DNA from: Phaeosaccion multiseriatum
Taxonomy: Eukaryota; Protista; Ochrophyta, other classes
Length of the DNA stretch: 64,000 nt
Reading direction: 5' to 3'
Assembly (NCBI GenBank): GCA_965112735.1
Contig: OZ218952.1
Span: 3,224,001-3,288,000, forward strand
In this document: in pieces, positions 57,801-64,000 of the stretch
Position numbering within the stretch: the stretch's first letter is position 1
Layout of the letters: every line of letters begins with the position of its first letter
Notes under the pieces: generated by a model
What the model was told of the DNA's origin: nothing
Database searches by the model: none
The model's input: only the letters and a program-made list of their open reading frames with translations
Position numbers and translations under genes: made by a program

Positions 57801-60800
57801 GGATGGGACATTCTCTCCCAGTGCGGCTCCTACGTCCACTTCAGCAGCTGATACGACAGCTCCAGCAGTAGTTCCGACAGCAGGCCCGGCAGGAGTGTCC
57901 GCAGGAGAGACGATCGCTCCATCGGCAGCCCCAACGGCAGCTCCATCTGCAGGTTCCACAGCAGCACCAGTAGGAGGACTAGGAGCAGAGACAGTAGCTC
58001 CATCAGTAGCTTCAACACCAGGCCCAGTAGGAGTGTCAACAGAAGGCAGCGAGACACTCTCTCCAGACGCCACTCCTACGCCTGCATCGGAAGCGGGGAC
58101 GACAGCGCCATCTGAAGCTGCGACAGCAAGTCCAGCAGCAGCGTCAGCAGCAGGCGACACGACACCCTCTCCCGATGCTACTCCTACGCCTGCTTCGGAA
58201 GCTGAGACGGCAGCTCCATCAGCTGCTGCGACAGCAGGTCCAGCACCAGAGAATGAGACACCCTCTCCCAACGCTACTCTTACGCCTGCCTCGGAAGCTG
58301 AGACAGCAGCTGCCTCCGTAGCTCCAACAGCAGGGCCAGCATCAGCACCAGCAGCAGGAGGAGACGAGACTCCCTCTCCCAACGCCGAGCCTACTTCGGA
58401 AGCGGAGACGGCGGCGCCCACAGGACCACCCACGCTTGCTTCAGAGGATAAGACAGGAGCTCCCTCAGCGGATTCGACGGCAGAAGGACGGACGGAATCA
58501 CCAGCCGAAACAGAAACAGCTGCAGCATCGATAGCGCCCACGGAAGCTCCAGCAACACCATCCCCAGCGACAGCGGCACCGTCTACCGCCCCAACAAATG
58601 GCACAAGTGGAGGTGCAACAGCAGTGGAAGAAGAAGACTCGGCAACAGCAGCACCCAGCGCAGCGCCCACTGCCTCTCCCTCTGCTTTTCCCACTGCTTC
58701 CCCCACAACGGCAGCACCGACTGCATTCCCCACTATCGCAGCGCCAAGCATAGCACCAAGCGTAGCACCAACTGCAGCACCAAGCGTCGCCGGCCCACAA
58801 CAGGGCCAGCAGCAGCAGTACGAAGAGGGCACGCTGCAGGGTTTCCTCGGGGTAGGGGGGGGTATGGCGGGGGAGGGGGAGGGGGGGCAGTCGTTGGAGG
58901 AGACGGCGGGAGTGCTCGCCTCCGCCCTGTCGAGCACGCTGAGCGTCGAGAGCAGCACGCTGTCCATAAACGCTCTGTCCTTTCCTGCGTCGGCATCATC
59001 CTTTCGGAGGAGGAGAGAGAGAAGTCTGCTCGGTTCCGATGATGAACCCCCCTCCACCTCCACCTCCTCCTCTTCCTCCAGCTCCAGTGCCAGCCCGACC
59101 TCCAACAGCAGCTATACGGGCACTGCTGAATCACCAACTGCTCTGTCTGTGACGAGCTTCGAGATCGACGCCGTCGCCGGAGAGGCCAGTGCGCTCGTGG
59201 CGGACTTTGCGGATTACAACACGCTAACCAAGGTTGCGGCATCTGTGCAGGCCGAGGGAAAGGACGTGCGCGTGTACTACTTGCGATACGATGTGTCCAA
59301 GACGCTGCTGCCCGTGCTGGACTACAACAGCAGCAGTTTGAGTGCCAGTTTCTTGGAGGAAGTGAAGCAAGAGTACGTGATTCAGGGCAAGAACGAAGTC
59401 CTTGTACCTGAGATGGTGGCACACGTGTCTGCGCTGGAGTGGGTCATTATGGTGGCCTGTTTCGCATATTTCGTGACACTGGCGTCGGTGGGGTCGTGCT
59501 GCTGTTGGTGTGGGCTACTGTTGGTGTGCCGCCGGCGGCACAAGGGCTTCGATGATGATTATGAAGATAAAGAGGGTGAAGGAGAGAGTGATGATGATGA
59601 TGGTGGTGGTGGTGGTGGTGGTGAGGATGACGAGTTTGGGTTTGACGAAGAGGAGTCGGATGAAGATGAGGAGGAGAGAAGGGACGAGTACTACGGGGAC
59701 GGCAAGGCCAATGTGGGTAGTGCTGACGTGAGTAGCGCAGACGTGAGCAAAAGGTTCGACACTTTCATGAGTGGGCTCTCCAGGTCCGTGGACGGCAACA
59801 CGGCGCTGGCCGTCGAAGGCACCGAAGGCACACACCTTGTACGCGCGGGCACGGAACGCGAAGTTGGGGGGGCAGTGGACACCATACAGGAGGGAGAGGA
59901 GGAAGGGGAGGAAGGGGAGGAAGGGGAGGGTATGGATGGGTCGCAGCAGCAGCACGGAGACGAGATGGTGGACATTGACTGGGTGAGCGACGTGAGCGAA
60001 GAGGACGACGCCGACTTTAGCCCCATCCCGAACAGTAGGAGGAGGAGCTCGAACAGCCGGCCGGGTCGCCACGGCAGGCATAGCAGCAGGGGGGGAGCGC
60101 TAGCTTCAGCTTCATCTTCAGCAAGGGAGAGTGGAGGCTCCAACGGAGTCTTCCTTGCAACGATGGGGGCGACGACTTCGAGGGCTGCTCGTCTCGTGTC
60201 TAAGCGCCTTCACGATGCCGGGCTTCTGGGCCAGACGCTTCCTGTGCCCGACCGGTCAGGTAGGAGAGACGCGGGAGGAGGAGGAGGAGGAGGAGAAAGA
60301 GGAGGAGGGGGGGGGTCGAGGGGGCTGAGTATGACGGGTCGAATGCCCTGGCACGCCACGCAAGAGGGAGGCAGATGGAGAGAGAGTGCGGGGTATAGGT
60401 CCGTTGCTGTGGAGGAGTGGAGAGAAGGAGGCGTCATGGGCGTAACATCATTTCCCGCCACGAGGTTGCTCGAGGGGCTTCGGAACGGACTGGGTATGAC
60501 AAAGAGAGGCAAGGAGGAGAGGAGGGAGAGGGGGGAGGAGGGGGAGGAGGGGGAGGGGGATGAGCACGCTGAGTCCGAAACCGGAGGGCTTGACCTGAGG
60601 GATGATGATGATGATGATGATGGTGATGACGATGGCGGAGGGGGGGGTAGAGGTGGAGCACGAGGCCACAGAGAAGGGGAAGAGGAAGGAGGAGGAGGAG
60701 GAGGAGGAGGAGAAAGCAGTGGGGGCGACGATTACGGGGCAGGACCGGGGAGGAGAAGGAGAAGCGGACACTCGAGGTCAAACTGGAGGTCAAACTGGAG

Positions 60801-63800
60801 GTCATCCCTTGCTTCGACCGGGGCACCAGCGGTGGAGGGCCTGGATGGCAGCAGATGGAGTGGCGACGAGGACGACATGATGGAGGCAGATGGGTCAGGG
60901 CCGAGTCAGAGCGGTGCTGCGGTTATGCACAGTGAGTCCCTTGGCGACGACGACGACGACGGGGATGATGAACTCATGGAGGAGCACCACCCTGGGCACC
61001 TCCACCCCCACCACCAACAGCACCAGCAACAGCAGGAACAACAGCAGGACCAGAGGCACATCCAGGAATTGGTGATACAGCAGCGGCTGGATGCTGACCG
61101 ACACGCTTTCACAGACAACGGAGGAGGGAGCTCAATCGACAGAGGGGGTACGCGCCGGTCGGGAGGAAGGAGCCTCAGTCGGGGAATGGTCGCCACCGCC
61201 GCCTCTGCTCTCACAAGATTGCCCGGATCGCCGAGCCCCGGGGGGGCGCCTGGAAGAACACGAAAGGGCAGCAGCAGCAGTAACAACAGCGTCGGCAGCA
61301 GCCGCACCAGAGGCGGCAGCAGAGGCGTGAGTGTGGGTGTGGGTGTGGGTGTGGGGGCTGTTGCCGCCGACGCAAGGGGCCGACGGGGTCGTAGCGACGA
61401 ATTTCACTTGGACTCCAGCCTTGGGCTTGAGTCTAGCCTTGGGAGGGAGAGGGGGGGGGGGAGAGGTAGACTCGAAGGAGAGGAGAGAGACCGAAATCAG
61501 CCCTGGGAAGGGAAGGGCAGCAGCGGGGAGAGCAGGGGCAGGGGCAGGGGCACGGGGAGCAGAGGAAGCAGCTGGGGAGGAGATGGCAGTCCAAAGCGTC
61601 GAAGCAGCCTCGAACACACACAGTGGGATCCTCAGCAAGGAGGAGACCCTTCAGCGTCCGGTCAGCAATTGGGCCCCATGCCCCAAGTGGGCCTGCTGGC
61701 CAAGTGGAGTGTGTTCGGTGGGCGCTTCTCCGACAAAATCAAGCAGCAGGAGCAGCAGCAGCAGCAGCAGGAGGAGGAGGAGGTGGAGGAGGACAAGAAA
61801 ACGTCCAAGGGGAAGGACACTGCTCTGCCTCTCACATCCCCTTCACGGGAGCAAGCTATGGGCAGCGGAGGCTTCTACGCAGCAGCCGCCAAAGCCGCCG
61901 CCGCTGCGAGCCGGGCCTGGGCAGACTTACCGTCCCCAGGGGGGGCGAACCCGGGGGGGGCGAAGGAGGGATTCGAAGGTGAGGGCTCCCCTCAGAACCA
62001 TCAGGAGCCGGGACAGAAAGGACAGAAAGGGCTTCTCGGTGACTTGCTGGCCTCCTTACCCTCCATCGGAGGGGGAACCACCACCGCCGCGCCAGCACGA
62101 GGGGACCAAGGTAGAGGAAATGGTCATACCGCAGGGGGGGCGTGGATGTCAGTAGAGGAGGAGGCCGGCCCACATAGCGATGCTAAAAGAGGATCGAGTC
62201 GTCCAAAAGAGGTGGAGTCTACTGCAACTGGCGACAACGCCGAACACCGAGGGGGGGGAGGAGGAGCAGGAGCAAGTCGAGACGTGGAAGCTGCTTTCGA
62301 GGTAGTCGGAAGAGTCGGAGGGGGTGAAAGGTCGCCTGCCACACAACCCGGGGCCGCCTCAGAGGGGCTAACAGATAGGCTCACAGCTGGCAAGGCTGGA
62401 GCCGGAGTCCAACAGGTGGACCAACTCCAACAGCAAGAGGCTGGTCGCGAGGAGGAGGGGACACTACAGGCGGAGTATGGCGGGCCTGGCCAGGACGTTG
62501 TTGTGAGCCGGGTCATGCAGATGCTGGACCAGCGTGAGCAGTCCAAGAGGAGGGGGAGTCGCGCGGGTATGGAGAGTCACGTACGTAAGGCCAGTAGTGG
62601 TGTACCTCCTGTGCACGTAGTCGCACCTGGGTTGAATGCTCCCAGTGGGATCGGCAACAACAACAGCAACAACGACAACAGCAGCAGCAGCAGCAGCAGC
62701 AGTGGTAGCAGCAGTGGTTGCAGCCCCAGCACCAGCAGCGCCAGGCTTGTGGACGACGCTGTGTGCGCTCCCCCTCCCCCCCCCCCTCCCGTCGTCGTCG
62801 TCGAGGCGGGTCGAGGGGTACCCGAAGGTGGAAGGGTCACTTCGCCAGGCCCCTCCTCATCCTCGTGCCGAAGAAGTAGCAACAACAAGAGCAGCAATGA
62901 TAGCAGTGGCCTCCAGAGCAACAGCAGCGAAGGCACGGCCCTTCCCCGGCCCAAGTCCACGCCCACGCTCCTCGCTGGCGACGACTCGGTCGACGCGCAG
63001 CACCGCTACCAACACGAGCACCACCTGCAGCAGATGGGACGGAGGGGGAGGGTCTTGGGTGGGGGGGGGCTGGGTGATGCTGTGCAGAGGCAGTTGGTGA
63101 TACAGCAGCAGCAGTGGCGCCGAGCATCCTCTCCGAAAGCGGCGGAGGCGTACATGGCGCCGTGCCGAAGCACCTTAGACTCAAACTCGGTCTCCAGGAA
63201 GCACCCTACATCTAGCGGCAGCCTGGCGTCAGCTCCCATAGCAGCGCCAGCAGGAGGGTCAGCAGCAGAGGACGAGACATCTTCTCCTCCCAGCGCTACT
63301 CCTGTGCCTGCTTCAGAAACTGGTGCGGTGGCTCCATCAGCAGCTTCAACAGCAGCGCCAACAGGAGGGTCCGCAGCAGGCCGTTCCACGCTTTCTCCCA
63401 ATGCTACTCCTACACCCACTTCAGAAGCTGGAACGGCAGCTCCATCAACAGCTTCAACAGCAGCGCCAGCAAGACGGTCGGCAGCTGGGGACGGGGTACC
63501 TTCTCCCAATGCTACTCCTGAGCCATGCTCTGAAGACGCGACGGCGGCCCCTGCCGCCTCATCCGCAGCAGTTGGTCATACAATCCGCACTGGAGGAGAA
63601 GAAGGAGAAGGAGAAGGAGAAGGAGAAGGAGGAGGGCACGAGGAGGAGCGTTTCCGAGTCAACGGGCGGGAGGACGTGAAAACGCCCTACCACCCTGCCT
63701 CCCCTATCACTGGTGCTGCTCTTCTCACCACCCGCGTTGGCGCCGCTAAAGTCGAGGCGAGCCCCGCAGATGGCAGCAGAGGGCGACAAGGGCAGCAAAG

Positions 63801-64000
63801 AGAGCAGAGAAGAGGAGGTGTGCCGTATGAAGAGGGCAGTGATGGTAGCGTGGATGAGACCCAATCACAGGCAACACAGCCTGAGCAAGGGCAAGCAACC
63901 CAGTCCGAGCAGCCGGAGCCAAAGTCACACCCACACTTACACCCACACTCACAGTCACATGGGCAGAGGCAGGAGCAGTCATATGGGCAAGAGCAGGGGC
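41547..64000 (+). CDS. Giant single-pass cell-surface protein, 3'-partial: Cys-rich N-domain, 7-bladed RCC1/BLIP-II propeller, APTA repeats, Cys module, ~60 x 33-34-aa stalk, TM helix, long acidic low-complexity tail
   Basis: About 22 exons. Seven blades such as AGKEHTCASVYGSVKCWG, GGHYMSCALLSTGGVKCWGYNAYGELG and VGKHHSCAIRDTHDIVCWGSNSYGQLG (42840-49020). The final exon starts at 51176 (gtcag|AC GAC GCG GAC TGT) and appears open to the window edge: spot-checked, and no stop-terminated ORF in that frame appears in the track. TM ALEWVIMVACFAYFVTLASVGSCCCWCGLLLVC|RRRHK at about 59428-59529. Start codon uncertain. Confidence 0.8.
46584..46588 (+). other. Predicted 5-nt micro-exon (GCCAG) of the RCC1-propeller gene
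   Basis: tttatacag|GCCAG|gtcagt. It bridges a phase-1 donor (46332) and a phase-0 acceptor (46877) and restores SNSY-GQ-LGIG. Confidence 0.8.
47645..47872 (+). repeat. (CCTT)n intronic microsatellite; a second tract lies at 50028-50305
   Basis: Direct reading. It is interrupted by a duplicated ggggagaggaaggatagtgct block. Confidence 0.93.
48166..48645 (+). repeat. Perfect (CCT)n tract, about 160 units, intronic
   Basis: Direct reading. It produces the spurious poly-P, poly-E and poly-G ORFs. Confidence 0.95.
51900..58400 (+). repeat. Coding minisatellite, 99/102-bp unit (AETAAPSAAATAGPAGGDEEMTPSPNATSTPASQ), roughly 60 copies
   Basis: gcagctccatcagctgctgcgacagcaggcccagcaggagga recurs at 99-102-bp spacing. 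Confidence 0.93.

Noticed and set aside
51360-59105. 2110-aa and 468-aa minus-strand ORFs
   Set aside because: Antisense shadows of the stalk exon. The real frame is on the plus strand and runs off the window, so the track omits it.

Overview
GC-rich, intron-dense eukaryotic nuclear DNA, most consistent with an ochrophyte/stramenopile alga (inferred from gene content, not determined). I reconstructed 11 protein-coding genes by hand from splice sites and frame continuity. In order: an intronless PPR-array protein (-, runs off the left edge); PHO88/SND3 plus ankyrin (+); a single-domain Fluc/CrcB fluoride channel (-); CDC50/LEM3 (+); GH47 alpha-1,2-mannosidase (-); a secreted mucin-like protein with two CBM1 modules (+); a WW-like/IQ/ARM-like protein (-); a second PPR protein (-); TMEM18 (+); a C3orf33-like protein with a staphylococcal-nuclease-like fold (-); and a giant (>5,300 aa) single-pass surface protein (+, runs off the right edge). 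The giant protein has a 7-bladed RCC1/BLIP-II propeller, a stalk of about 60 repeats, a TM helix and a >1,400-aa tail. Ten of the 11 genes form five head-to-head pairs. Non-coding structure includes a TA-flanked MITE, a ~185-bp near-perfect palindrome and many intronic micro/minisatellites. The most unexpected signal is a dispersed 15-bp word (CAGTTGGTGATACAG) at 9 or more independent loci, in exons and introns and on both strands. Also notable: a 5-nt micro-exon, two GC-AG introns, and intronic repeats built from splice-signal words. Most ORFs in the supplied track, including the 1345-aa and 2110-aa minus-strand ones, are antisense or repeat artefacts. Gene models are manual and lack transcript support.
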